Source: Euprymna scolopes (Eukaryota). Taken from it: DNA of 64,000 nt. Below are positions 40,406-53,820 of this stretch, piece by piece (within the stretch, counting starts at the first letter, position 1; every line of letters starts with the position of its first letter). The translations under genes were made by a program, and so were the position numbers. The DNA lies in assembly GCA_053919585.1 (NCBI GenBank), contig CM132793.1; one strand, given 5' to 3'. Under the pieces are notes generated by a model. That model was not told the DNA's origin and did not search any database. It saw only the letters and a program-made list of their open reading frames with translations.

Positions 40406-40437
<32 letters not shown>

Positions 40438-40586
40438 CTCGTCGCCTTAACATGGTTTATTACAGAATGGTATATTACTGTGTATTAAACGTTTACGTGT
40501 ATTTTTAAATGGGGACAAATTTCAACCCCTATTTTTCTTTCTTTAATACTTCTGAATTAACAAGTTCTCTATACATTAATCTGGGG

Positions 40587-40621
<35 letters not shown>

Positions 40622-40814
40622 TTTTGGATGTGACGTTTATGGGCTAGATTAACTCGTTCCATAGTGGAACCTTTTTTTTTTTAATCAAATTAAATTGATT
40701 TCTTTAACGTGCTTTAATCGGTGTATAATATGCATTGTACATGTGTGTGTGCACTGTGAATGAAAGTAACATTTTTAAAATCTACATATGTATGTATTTA
40801 CATAACATTTCTCT

Positions 40815-40858
40815 GGCACAGTACTGTTTCAGAACAAAGAGTGCCACTAATGCGGCTA
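40815..40858 (-). pseudogene. Decayed copy of the 21487 hammerhead motif
   Basis: Reverse complement TAGCCGCA-TTAGTGGCACTCTTTGTTCT-GAAACAGTACTGT shares both TAGCCGCA and GAAACAGTACTGT, at the same spacing, with 21484-21524. Confidence 0.55.
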
Positions 40859-42289
40859 TGATGGAACGCGTCTCTTAAAACTAAGATTAATGAATAGATT
40901 TGTAATTTAAATCTCAATCTCTTATGGGTAGACAATATAAAGGTATTCATTCGCTAAATATCTTTATAATCGAATTGAGATATACAGCGTGAATATCAGT
41001 AAAATATATGTATTTTTATCATATACAATTTCTGGGGAAAAATAAGGTAGGCGTACTCAGAGACGTATGAAAAAAGTTAATTTAATTAGTTTCTTATTTT
41101 TAATGCACACATTCTGGTCGAGTTCTATTATATTCATTACTTATTTTTTCAAAATTCAGGTATTTTAGCCGTAACTGTCTTAATACAATATGTCCGTTAA
41201 AGTATCTTTTTTTTTTTCAATAGGTGTTTCTTTATATATAATCGTCGAATAATGGCATGTTAGGTTTCTGTATCCTATAGAAAATGTCATCCAGTGTTAT
41301 GATCTTATAGTGTTTCTCTTTTTATTAGGTACTTTATAAGAGAATAAAGTTTTTTTTTTTTTTTTAAATACGGAGAACAAAATGGAATTTGAGAAATTAA
41401 AACGAAATGGCTGTTACATTAGTAGATAATATCATGTTACTTGTATTATATAAAATGAGTTGCTTTGTTTTTCTTTTATTATGGATCTCTTGTTATTGCC
41501 GAGGCCATAATACAGAATTTCACTATGAAGCAAAAATATTACAAGCCGCCCCCCATAATAAAGCACTGAGGTAATTAAATTCAGTCCAGCAACGACTTTC
41601 CCCCCAAGAAAATATGCTTGCCGTTAGGGTAAGAGGCCAATTTCCGATCTGTGCTTAAGCCTTCCTTTTTTTTCATTTTCTTTGAAATATTCCTTCACTG
41701 TTTCATTCAACGTTTGGTCTGTGTCAGGAATTTAGTTTTGCAAGACTGAACTTGCGTATGAACTGAAATTGTTTTCTTCTATTGTCTCGGTAGGTCGGCA
41801 TTTGCGGCTCGCCCGTTTAAATCTGAAAAGTAGAGTAACAATGGCACGGCTTCATCGGTTATTGAGATGAAAGGAATGAGGGGGAGAAATACTGGGCATT
41901 AAATATAATAAATGAGAAATACGGGAAAGGGGGGAAAAAGAAATACATGGAAATAAAAGAATCGCGGATGGTGAATAATATATGGGGACAATGGATGACC
42001 GTGAGAATACGAGAATGAATTATTGATAGAAAGCGGTGATTTAGAAAATAATCACGAGGGTGGAAACTCTGATAGTTAGCGACGCAGACTACGAAATCGA
42101 TTATTAGGTTTTCGAAATTAACCTGGATTTCTATCTACTGTGCTGTAAACACATGGTATAAAATGTGATTTTGTTTGCATAAACCATAGCAAAACTCGCA
42201 CATAGCTCTATTCAGTTTTACGAAGAAGTTGCATTATCCTTAGTAACTGCTACTTAATATATTAAAACCACTAACTGATAAGTTAGTAT

Positions 42290-42911
42290 CTATAGTAATT
42301 CACACATAGACCGTTAAGCTATGTCGCATTTCTGCAGTAATTATATATGAGAATTGTGATGACATTTCTCAACCTATATACTCGAAGAATTTATAATCTA
42401 CAGACTTGAAATTCGGTATATAGGAAATTTAAATATGTGGAAAATTTTCAAATTGGTTTTCTAAGGGATCAACATTAAACAAAAATTCAAAATAGACTGC
42501 TAAGGAGTCAACATTACAAAAAATTGGTAGGTGGGCGTCGTCGGATTTGTTACTGTTTATCTGTTTCACGACTGTGCATGCACGGTCGGGAAACATGGAA
42601 GCTTTCTTATGGCAAGTAGAGGATTTTTAAACGCGTTTATAAATTCTGGCAATCTGGTCCAATGGTTATAGTACAAGGCTTACTGTCTTTAGATTTTTGT
42701 TTCAGTCTCAGCTCGAGTATTTTTTCTTAGCATAATTACTGTTTAGAAAGAAATATGATACCCGCACGCACTTTTTTTTTAATTTTAAAGAAATGTAACT
42801 TTACGTTTTATAACTATTTTTTTTTTTGCTATCACAAATAAGAAATCTGTACTAATTAAGATATAGTATTTATACGTATTTAACGACCTGGCAATGCCAG
42901 GCGGCGTGCTA

Positions 42912-42912
<1 letters not shown>
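42290..42912 (+). mobile_element. Non-autonomous Helitron-like element (3' end clear, 5' boundary uncertain)
   Basis: Perfect hairpin CCTGGC-AAT-GCCAGG (42887-42901) followed by CTAG|T and (TA)n. Confidence 0.6.
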
Positions 42913-42955
<43 letters not shown>

Positions 42956-43328
42956 TATTGATAGAACCACTGTTATTTTTCCAGTCATGATACAATTCCC
43001 GATTCCAAGTTTTTACAAATATCTAAATATTTCACTGCAGTTTTGTTTTTGAAGGTAATCGGGGAGAATACCACGTTAAATGTCCATATATTATCTCAAA
43101 CTTGAAAATATAACCGTGGGAGATGAGTTAAAGAATTTTTAATTTGACTGGTTGTTTAAAATCAATTAATATTTTTGTTTTGAAGTGGAAGATGTGGTTT
43201 TAAACAAAATCAAATAAAAACGAGCGTTAAAAAAGAATCGTTTTTGCCAAGGAAATATGGACCATGTTTTTTTTTCGATTCAGATTTCGATAGATCCAAC
43301 AGTTCCGAGTTTTCAGATTCCCGATTCC

Positions 43329-43373
<45 letters not shown>

Positions 43374-43649
43374 TTGAATTTAAGAATTAAAATGCCAATT
43401 TTACTGGCAATGTCACATTCCTAAATGCAATCAGTGTCTATTTAATTGATGATTATGTATGCGCGCTGATTAGTTATTTATGAATGCTCAAATTCTGTAA
43501 ATCTGTTACAAGCTGTTTGCCTTCAGGTAAGAAGCTAGAATTACGAAATCAACGGTGACTTTGAGACTAGGTTTGAATCTTCTGAGCAGCCGTAATTACA
43601 ACTTCGTACATTGATCCTGTAAGCAGAAAATAAGTGTGTAGTCATTTGG

Positions 43650-43950
43650 TGCGGACTGCTATCCTAATTTTATTTCAGCCAACTAATTCTCTGGCCTTCT
43701 TTAGGTGGTTAAATGCGAAAGGATTTAAATGCTGTCTTGTAATTGTATTCAGTAATTGTTTTTCCTCGTATGTATACACGCCGATTTAGCGCTTATTAGC
43801 ACTCAAATTGTTTCTCTTTCGGGCCCATGGTCGTGAATAGATGCCTTTAGTCCTTACATTTCCAGGTGAGCATTATCTGAAGATGGCAATTTCAATCCTA
43901 TCCAGGCAGGAAACATTATGAAACAACAATGAAGATAAGGATAAGAAATA
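43650..43950. mobile_element. Palindromic PLE-end-derived mini-element, copy 1
   Basis: Left: TTTCAGCCAACTAATTCTCTGGCCTTCTTTAGG (reverse-strand CTAAAGAAGGCC...GGCTGAAA). Right: CTGAAGATGGC...GAAACATTATGAAACAACAATGAAGATAAGGATAAG. Confidence 0.55.
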
Positions 43951-43967
43951 GTGTGTGTAGGTATGAA

Positions 43968-44012
<45 letters not shown>

Positions 44013-44579
44013 ATGAAAATCCATATGTCATATATTTTTATAACTTAATACCTAGCTCTACATATGTATTGAAAACGGTTGAAGTAGATAATGAGGATTT
44101 AGGCATAAATTCATTATTCATAATCATTTACGTGATTACATCAGTCATATATCTTCATGTTATATATAACATAAAACCCGTTTCTGACGATTACCTCCAA
44201 ACTAGAATGCCTAATTTTTTTTTGTGCATATATTATGTAGTATATAACACTTAAGACAAGAGGAGGCAAAAATGTTACAATATCGAAACATTTGTCAACC
44301 ACGATAATTATAAGGTTACCAGTTTTTAAAGCAGCATTAAATGCAAGGATTCGCTCTATTTCCCATTTTTACTACAGAGTGGAGGTTATTTTCAGGAAAC
44401 TATTCTCCTAGCAGGTGGTCCCGAAACTGACAAAAAACAAAATTATCGAGTACTATTCGAACAGGATTAAAACGAGAGATTCGCTCGTTAGTCCTATTTG
44501 TAAATCTTATTTGTTATAATCTGTCGAATAAATTAATGTGCAGTCGGAGTAAACCGACCGCTGTGCAATGTTTTATTTA

Positions 44580-45297
44580 TTTTTGTCCCACCGACAAAAG
44601 GGTGGGCCTGTGAATTCACACTTGTTCGTTCGTCTGCCCGCACTTTTTCAATAACTACACCTTATTTATTTTATTTATTTCTTTTTTTAAAATTTTGCAA
44701 ACATTAAACATTATTGGTAAAAAGTAACAATGGATATTCCGGGAAAACTCTGGTTGTCCCCCCTAAGTGTGCCTTTCAGGTAAAAATTGCTAAAATTGAC
44801 ACTTTTGTGCTCATAAAAAAAATTGATGCCTTAGATTTTTATAAAAATTCTGAAAAGTTGTAACACATAAATTTCTATATAATTTTGTTTTTCTATACTT
44901 CGCGATAACTCTTGGGTGTACCTCAGGGGCTCTTTTCAGGCTAATAAAACACTCCATTTTGGGGACTATTTTACCATATTTGTCCAAAATATTCTGTGTA
45001 TGTCCATTTTAGTCGTTTTGCATGGTGCTGAACTTAAATTTGCATATGTTAAGGCCTTGGGACTTTTGGGCTAAATTTGGGAGGGGGCAAATGGACTTAA
45101 TCATTTCTTTTCTTGCATGGTGCAGAACTCAGATTTACATATGTTAAGTTAACACTGCACTGTGTGTTCATTTTCACCCGAATATGACGTCCCACGGGGA
45201 TTTTATGGACTAAGTGGACGAGGAGAGCAAATGCTATCGTCATTTTTTAATGTTTCGTTCACTACGTACTCTGGGGAATTATGCATGTTTAACTTGT
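44580..45297 (+). mobile_element. DINE-1/Helentron-like non-autonomous element
   Basis: T-rich flanks; 5' TTTTGTCCCACCGACAAAAGGGTGGG (overlapping hairpins) followed by GTTCGTTCGTCTG microsatellite; internal subrepeat; 3' TGGGGAAT...CTTGTTTT; second copy at 12975-13425. Confidence 0.6.
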
Positions 45298-46002
45298 TTT
45301 TTTTTATTTTTTGTTCGTTTTATGTTATTTGAGAGATTGTTTTTGAAGTGGCTCTTTTTAATAACAACGGTCATATAGGAAGGCTTCTTTTACTGGGTTC
45401 ATATTTAATGTTATCTCTGCTTGTTGCAACATGACTTCCGAGATGTAAGGATGCCATGTTCCTGATTATATAAATCAGTGATTTAATTTCATAGATCACG
45501 TATGCGCGTTTAGAGAGCACAAAAGGACAAAAAGTGATATATTTCAGGTTTTTTAGTTGATTAATTCAATTCATTTCCGCCCTTAAAATAGTTTCACATC
45601 GCCTACTCACCTCTTCCGATGACATCAGAGCAAATTCAACTGACACGCTTTTTAAATCATTTTTCTTTGTTCTTTTTTCCATGAGAAATATTTATTCTAT
45701 TTCTCACGGATTTTCTAAATACAATAATATACAGATCTAGTTATCGTAAAACTTGTTTTAAATTTTTGAGTTTATTTTCCCTATTTTCAACATATCTTAA
45801 TTTTTCTCTTCTTTCTGTTCCTTATGCTTTAGCATTCTATGCTGTCTACTAATCAGCCAGGGTTTTGTCAATAATTTACTCCTTATTCTCATACTGTTTT
45901 TGTTTACTTGCATTTTTTCTATATTCTTCGAGTTCTTCATTTGTTTTTTTTTTTTCGTTTATTTTTATTTTTTCTTTAATTTTATATCCCCTTAATCTAA
46001 CT

Positions 46003-46170
46003 TTGTTATTTATTGTCCAGCTGTTGTTCTCAGCTTCATAGTTTTTTCACCACGTTTCGGCCAAATATTTCTCTTTGCCGAAACGTGGTGAAACAATAAC
46101 AATGAAGATAAGGATAAGAGTCTGCAAATAAATAATAAATATACAAATTGCTCATCTCAAAGGATTTCAA
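46003..46170. mobile_element. Palindromic PLE-end-derived mini-element, copy 2 (internally deleted)
   Basis: Hairpin TTTCACCACGTTTCGGC / GCCGAAACGTGGTGAAA inside longer imperfect arms; 3' tail CTCATCTCAA. Confidence 0.65.
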
Positions 46171-46271
46171 CCCCCCCCAAAAAAAATAACGTTTTTCTTT
46201 CATCCTTAGTTTACTTTTTTTTGTTTCTTAATTATCATTATTGTAATTTACTCAATACCTGTTCCTTTTTA

Positions 46272-46520
46272 ATGTATTTATTGCGGACCAGTATCCTCAT
46301 CTTGGTTGTTTCACGAGGTTTCGGCCAACTAATCATCTGGTATCTGGACGGGATAGCAACTTCGAATCTCCTAACTTCATTCTCAGCAATTATTGCAATT
46401 CGAAGTTCTCGTCTCGCCACGAAAGCCAGAGGAATAGTTGGTCGAAACGTTGTGAAACAATAATATAGATGAGGATAATCCACAATAAATAAATACTCAT
46501 CTCAATAATGAATTCCAATG
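46272..46520. mobile_element. Palindromic PLE-end-derived mini-element, copy 3
   Basis: ~70-bp inverted arms TATTTATTGCGGA...TATCCTCATCT...GTTTCGGCCAACTA / TAGTTGGTCGAAACGTTGTGAAACAA...GATGAGGATAATCCACAATAAATA; tail CTCATCTCAA. Confidence 0.7.
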
Positions 46521-47614
46521 AAATATTTCCTTTTTATTCCAGTTTCTTCATTTTACTCGTGAGATTCTTCGCTTCTACTTCTATGCACCATATTTTCGCC
46601 TATAATTTTATTTATTTTCATTCTTTCCTATTTGGTTATTATAAGTACTGTTTTATTTCTATCCTTACCACTGCCATAAATTTCATACAAAATATATTTT
46701 GTTAAAATAGCATTTCTTTTAAATTTTACATTTACACGTTGTATCAGTTCTATACTAAAATTTAAGTTTTTTTCTTTCTTTGACTTGCTTTTTGTTTTGT
46801 CCTACTATACATTATTATTTCTAATACCATTCCAGACTTCTTTCCCCAGTAATCCATTTCTCCCTTGTCTTTTGTTACATTTCTGTGCGTCTTTGACACT
46901 TTTCCTTCTGTACGTTTTCTTTTATTGCTGCAATTCTTATCTTTTCACGTTTAAATTACAAATGTGAAACACTATTTCATTTATTTAAATATTTATGCCT
47001 CGTCAATTTCAATAATTAAAGTGAATTCGCTTTTTTAATTTAACTGTTTTTATCTATACTCCTATAAACGTGTTTTTTATGCATTCATATTAAAAAGATT
47101 TTTCTATTTATTTCATAAGAAACTACAACTGTTATATACGGGTCGTGAAATTGCATCCATGTGCAAAAGATCTAGCTTAATCGCATATTCATTTCAATAT
47201 TCATCTTAACTCCCGATTAGTTAACGGTTTTCCCATGGGGTGATCATATTTACTTCCCTATTACATGTAATTATATTCATGCAGATATTCTACGTAATTT
47301 ATATTTGCGTAAAAAAAACTTATAGTAAACCCAAACAGCTTTAAATGTAAATATATGCATATATATTATTAAAAACATTGCCTATTAAACTTTTGTCCGT
47401 TTTTGGTCTTGACATAAAACTTTATAAATAGGGTATCCGAACCCATGCAGATTTTTATATTCGAGTTTTAACCGGAGAAAATCAGAGGAAATGTGAAAAT
47501 TAAAAAAAAATAATTTACCAGGTGAAGGTCGAACGACGGCATTACGAATAAGCATGCGTTAAGTAATGGCGAATGTTCATATACAAATGTGTAACCTTGC
47601 AGCAAACCTGTCTT

Positions 47615-47706
47615 TCTAGCCAAGGCATACACGCCCAAGGTAAAAGTCAATCGTAAGCTAAACATTTTGGTTTCAATTCCCGGTGGTGGCGCACGAGTCA
47701 TTTTTT
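47615..47706 (+). pseudogene. tRNA-derived Pol III-like cassette
   Basis: A-box-like TAGCCAAGGC (47617), B-box-like GGTTTCAATTCCC (47669), T6 at 47701; related sequence at ~1543-1570. Confidence 0.4.
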
Positions 47707-49874
47707 CAAAACTTTTAAAATGATTGCGTTGGGTCTAAACGAAATCTGCATTAATCAAAATATATTTCAGCGTATTTTACGACTGATTCATGAATAATAT
47801 TATTCATCGTAACGTTTCTACAATATTTTTTTTTAATACTTGATTTTATTTTTGGTTTGCTATCATAATTCTCGATTATTTTGCGTTATCCTTTTTCATT
47901 TTTTAATGAATTTCATGTTTTGCGTGCACTAATTTTTTAGGTATTGACTTATAGCTTTTTTCTTTTTGTTTTTTCTGTTGAACCTCTTTTCTTGAAATTC
48001 CCTCTTATTTCATTAATAATCTTAATATTTACTGGTTATTTAACTTTTACATCGCTCTTTTGATTAATTTAACTATTATGGGTTGTCGAAAAGTTACTAT
48101 GCCCCGTATTTAATTATACAGCATATACAATATAGAGTTCCAGTTTTTTATTCCTTGGGCCAAAATGAATTCATTTTGTAAATTCAGTTCATTTTCAAAC
48201 ACAAAATCCTTCAGCAATAATTTGTATTCAAGGGCCATTCTTATATTTTGTTGTTTTCACTCAAAAGGTTGAAGATTAAGAAGACCATGTAAAGCGAGAA
48301 ATATTGTTTTCCAGGTTTTTTTCTATATAGTCACAAACATTAAAAGAATTTCTTCTATAATTTTTATGTCGAATCCATACTTTTGCCGCATGTCAATGGC
48401 ATGTGCTTATTTCTTTGTCTACTAACATTCATATCTCCAACAGATATAATTTTCAGATCATGAATGCATAAGTCTAATCACTATTACAATGTAATTTGCA
48501 ACCCCCTTTGATCCGTTAAAATAAAAACAGGAAGCATTTCTTTTGAACGCCCTATGACTACCATTAGTGATATTACCTTGCTTGTTGTGAATACAGTTGG
48601 CACTTTTCTAAATTGCATTTTTTTTAATTGGTTAATAATTGGTAATACGCAAAACGCAGTACATTTCTTAAGTGTTCGTCAACTGGGTGCTTTCTGCGAG
48701 CGTAAACGCACATTACGTTGACGACGACAACCCGGCTAAATCTGTACCTGTAGCAAGCGACTTTGGTGTTCCGTGATAGAGGTCTGAAAATTAGGTGACC
48801 ACTGGCGATTCTCATCCTTTGTGTCATATGCATCATCGTTTCTTGGTAACTCAAGTGCACATCAGATATAATAGGATAACAAACAGGCCCGTTGAGAACA
48901 AACATAAAGGTAATGGTGAAGTTGTGTATTATTTCAGGCAGTCACATTGCCAGAAAACGTAAATCAGTTTAGTATTCAATGAAAAAAATGATTGGATCCC
49001 TATCAATTACCTTCTATGTAAATAAAGAAAGAATATCCGAAAGAACTAGTAAATAGCAAGGGCGTTTGTTGTGGATTAGTGTATTACAGAACATCACATA
49101 GTTAGTAAAGTTGAAAACGAAACTCAGCACCGTTAAGTCTAAGAAGGATAATCGGCCACTCTAGATGACAAAATTTCTATTAAATCCATAAGTTTAACCA
49201 ATTGTATGTATATTTCGCTAAGGGCTGATAACGACTTTAGTTCGTGCAGTGTTTGTGGGGAGGAGTCCACGTTCTATCATGTCCAACTTGAGAGGTCGTT
49301 GTTACAGGACTTAGGTAGGTACTAATTTGGTAAATCTCAGTCTCTTAAAATACATCTACAGAGATTTACAAAATGTTTCTCCTGAAATTCTAATTTCTTT
49401 ATTTAAAAAATCATTTTCATGGATGCAGGTATTTTAGGTGGTTGTAGACTGGCAGGATATACTGATATATGAAGTTTTTATATATCGTATCTCTCTACAT
49501 AAAGTGACGTATGTTTATATGATAAGGTATTTGTTTGTATAAACGTAATTTGAAAACTACAAAACCGACAATGTTAAGCTTTTAAAAGAACCTGCTATGA
49601 ATGCTGATAAAAAGATAGTTGGGTTATGATTAGTACATTAAGAAGTGAGAAAGGGCAGACTTTCGGGCAATTTTTGATATCGTTAATTTTTGTGAACTCT
49701 AATATATAATAGAATCTATATATTAACACGATAGCTTTCGTTATTTTGTGTAACGCTTACATCATTTTTTCTTCCAAGTGACTCTCGTTTGTCATAGACT
49801 TCCATTTTCGTGTAATAAATAATTTTACCACAAAATTTCTCGAAGTTTCGGTTTCGATTCAAGCTGATTCACCC

Positions 49875-49914
<40 letters not shown>

Positions 49915-49961
49915 ATCACACTTTTATATCAGAATTGATTTTAAAAAATTGACTATAATAT

Positions 49962-50292
49962 TGTAGAGTTGAATGTAATAATCAAAGAAAGCATCTGCGT
50001 GTGTGTGTATTGTGCGGTTATCCAACTTACCTTCGGATGGGATCCGAGAGAGAGAAATTAAAGATGGCAGCAATGGATTTATAAGGTGTAGTTTTGTGAG
50101 AGTTCACGAGATCTCATCTTCCACTGAACACGTATGCAAATGAAATAGGGTTAGTTTTCTAATAAAATGCCTGATTGGAAGAGGCAGTGAGAACATGTAC
50201 TGGAAGTTGAACGTTGACAGTGACGAATTCTAGCTGAACTTTTGCTTATCGTATTTATTTTGTTTTGCTCTTTACCAGCCCATTTACCTGCA
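49962..50292 (+). repeat. 5' LTR (331 bp)
   Basis: TGTAGAGTTGAAT...CATTTACCTGCA; direct repeat of 53905-54242; AATAAA at 50161. Confidence 0.93.
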
Positions 50293-50314
50293 AGCTATTT
50301 CGGCGTAACGGCGG

Positions 50315-53300
50315 ACAACTTCGACCTTAAATAATTACCAAAATTCGACGTCTCGACCTCCGTACTTGACTGGGTGGAGAAGATTGAACTGCATTGTCTG
50401 TTTAATGTGAAGAGCATTGAACACGTGGTTCCTCTACGTCTGTCCGGCGAGGCTTTCCCGGTATATCAACAGCTTAGTCCTGAGGAAAAACAGGATTATG
50501 AAAGGATCAAGGCGGCATTATACAAGGCGTTTGCTATCGATCCCGCCACTGCTTGGGAGCAATTTGAGGCAAGAACCTTGCATCCCGGGAAAACTGTCGA
50601 CGTTTATTTGGCCGAGCTGACGAAAACGGTGTTGTTTGGTGGGTTGCAAATTTCTGGCAGGGCTCCCAACCGGAGCAAAGCAACTCATGCGAGCTAGCTC
50701 AAGCGTAGCTTGATTGTCTCTTAATGACCTGATAGACCGAGCCAGGACCGTGATGAAGAATACTTATGAGATTAGAGAACCGGTAGTCGCTGCTGCACAG
50801 CCCGAATCAAGTGATAATAGACCGTCTCAGGGGCTCGGCCTGCGTGGTGAAGCCGTGTTATAGGTGCAATGGCCAGGGCCACATTGCGAGGAACTGCCGG
50901 CGGTGACTGACACCTATTCGCTACTACCGATGTAATAAGATAGGTCATATTGCCCGGGATTGTTCGGTAAATGTGATCGGGGCAAGGGGCCAGCGTCAAC
51001 CTCTTCCCCAAACAAATTAAACGAGGCGATTCCGACCATTCAGCTCTGTCAACGAGACATTGTGCTCAGCACTCCTTAACTCTGGGTGATCTTGCACCAT
51101 AGTGAGTACGAGTCTCTGGCGCACTTGGAAGAAGACTATTAGAGTAACCACCCTCAGTGAAGCGACGCGGACATGTTGCAGGGTGGGTGCTGTGAACATT
51201 CGCACTAAAACTGGAAATTCGGCTAACGTCGAAGCGCTGAGGGTACTCGAGAAACCGCTGAGCTTTGACCTATTTCTAGGCTACGATGCGATCAGAGCCC
51301 TAGGTGGTGCTCACATAACGCAAATGGGGTGGTACAGTTTCAGAAGGTTCCAGTATGTGTTACTTTGAAGATTGATCAGCCAGGCTTTGTCAAATTTGAC
51401 GAGTAGCAAAAGGCGAAATGGTCAGAAAACCGGAACCAGCAAAACTGCGAAATTAGGTAACAGAGTACCATGTGTCGGACCAAATGAGGCCTGCATATGA
51501 AAGGGAATTCCGTGATTGGATCAAGGATGGCTGGTAAATTCCCTACCCTTATGAGAAACTTGGACCCCCCAGAGGCTTGATTCCGCTGATGGCGGTCGCT
51601 CAGCACAACAAAGCAAAGTTGAAGCCAGTGATGGACTACCGTGAACTGAACGCGCATGTAAATGCATTCACAGATGCTGACGTTTGTGCAAGCAAGTTAC
51701 GAGAGTGACGCTAGCAGGGTTCAAATGTGTCCCTGCTGGATCTAAGATAGACGTACCTGCAGGTTCGAATCAGTGAAACAATGTGGCCATTTTAGACGGT
51801 AGTGTTTGCTGGCAGGAGGTACTGCCTGACCTGACTAGGCTTTGAGCTGAACGTGGCACCCCAAATAATAAATACCATTATTAACGCTGTGTTGTCACAG
51901 AAAGAAACAAAAGATGGGACATCGACGTGCCTTGATGGCATATATATGAACGAAGACATTGTCATCATCACGTGTAAGGCCCAAGTGGCTGAGTTTGGTT
52001 TGACGTGCAAGGACCCAGAACGTTTTGAGAATGGCATCCATGTCTTAGACCTGAACGTTCGACATGAGCGAAGGACTTTGAAATGGAGGCGCTGAACTGC
52101 AGTTTCTGAAGTGCCGGATGGCTTCACGAGGCGGACAGTATTCTCCTTGTGTGGCGTACCTACCAATGTGTGGATTGATTTGTGTGGCAATAGGCAAGCG
52201 GAGTCACCAAAGACTGAGATGATGAAACAGCCGATGATCTATTGGCTTGCATGTTGAAGAAGACCATTGCAACGGTAAAGCAGGATGACCCCGCCAAAGA
52301 AAACTGACACATGCAGGAAGACGAACTGAACGTGTGGGTGGGTGTGGGCTTTCTTGCAATTGGTGTACTGTTGGAGAAGAATAAAGCAGCGATTGAGGAC
52401 GCCTTCTGGTTGCGACCGGCGAATAACACTGCTCATATCAACCTGGCAGAGCTCGTTGCTATGATAAAAGTTATCAACCTGGACTCCAGTGGAAAGTCAG
52501 GAAATTATGTATACACAAATTCACTATGCGTGTACCACTGGATATCAGATACACTGACAGGCAAGACCAGAGTGCACACTAAGGCAGCCAGCGAGATGCT
52601 AATCAGACGGAGGTTGGAGACCGTAAAAAAGCTGTTAAGAGTACAACTTGTCTGAATGCGGTACTAGTCACTTCAAATTGCAACCTTGCCAATAGACTCA
52701 CTCGAGGACCACAGATGGTATAACACCATGAAGAAGAAAGCCGAGCCAGTATCATTATGTGCCGCCTCTACTGAGTTGGTGGATGGCATCAGGAAGATAA
52801 CCACCTCAGTGGACGCCCCAGAGTGAGACGGACATGTTATTTTGTGCAGTTGTCCAATCCGTCGGTGTCCAAAAGTGCAGCGAAAGCGGTAGTCAAGGAA
52901 TGCCAAACATGCCAGTCAATCGACCCCGCCCCGGCCAGATGGCAGGAAGGTAAGCTGGGAGTAGACCGACTTGGAACCGACTGAGTATGGAAATAACCCA
53001 CTACGGCAACCAGAACCTCCACACCCTGATCGATTGTGGATCGACAAGGTTGGCAATCTGGCACCCGTTAATAAGACTGGATTCCTCCAGTGTCATCCGA
53101 GAATTGGAATCCATATTTTATAAAAGGAGGCCGCCTGAATAGACAATGACACAGCCTTCTGCAGTGGGGAATTCAGACGTTTCGTAGACCAGTGGGGGAT
53201 CCAGCTCAAACACAGATGTGCATATGTACCGAGTGGCAACGGCATAGCAGAGCGGTGCCATCAACGCGTGAAGAGGATATCAGCAAGAAGACAATGCACG

Positions 53301-53600
53301 ATCGCAGAAGCGGTATATAGATATAATGCAACTCCAAAGGATGGCATGACTGCTGCTAGCGCACCCACCAATGCGAGCCATTGCTATCGAGTACGCATCA
53401 AGGACATTGAAACCCGTCTGCCTGATCGGAAGGAAACCCGAAGGCCGTATGAGTTAGGGGAGACTGTCTGGGTGAAGCCTCCCAATAATCGATGCACCAA
53501 CCGCTTTCAAAGAGGGCGAATCACTGACATTATCAGTGAGCAAGCCGTGCTAGTCGATTCTACCCCACGCCATGTGAAGCATATCCGGCCTGCCCTGAAT
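50315..53600 (+). pseudogene. Disrupted gag-pol polyprotein of the Gypsy element
   Basis: Zinc knuckles CYRCNGQGHIARNC (50856-50897) and YYRCNKIGHIARDC (50922-50963); protease ALLNSG; RT VMDYRELN, LDLR*TYLQV, CLDGI; RNase H HINLAEL, YTNS; integrase KECQTC, DNDTAF, NGIAERCH; many stops and frameshifts. Confidence 0.9.
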
Positions 53601-53670
53601 ACTAACCAGCTGGCGAGTAACAGAATGGTGAATCATCCAACGATGATCTGTGGATCCGACCTATTTCCCG

Positions 53671-53820
53671 TGATGGTACAACTGCGAGCCCCAACGCTGA
53701 TGCCGATAGTTCCTGCGCCCCTTCTGAGAGCTAAGATGAAGTCCAGTCTGATGGTATAACTGTACGCCCTAACGCTGATGTCAATGGTTCCGACGCCTCT
53801 TCTGAGAGCTCCTATGAAGT
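53671..53820 (+). repeat. 78-bp tandem duplication in the Gypsy post-integrase region
   Basis: TGATGGTACAACTG at 53671 recurs as TGATGGTATAACTG at 53749; both units contain AACGCTGATG...CTTCTGAGAGCT...ATGAAGT. Confidence 0.85.
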
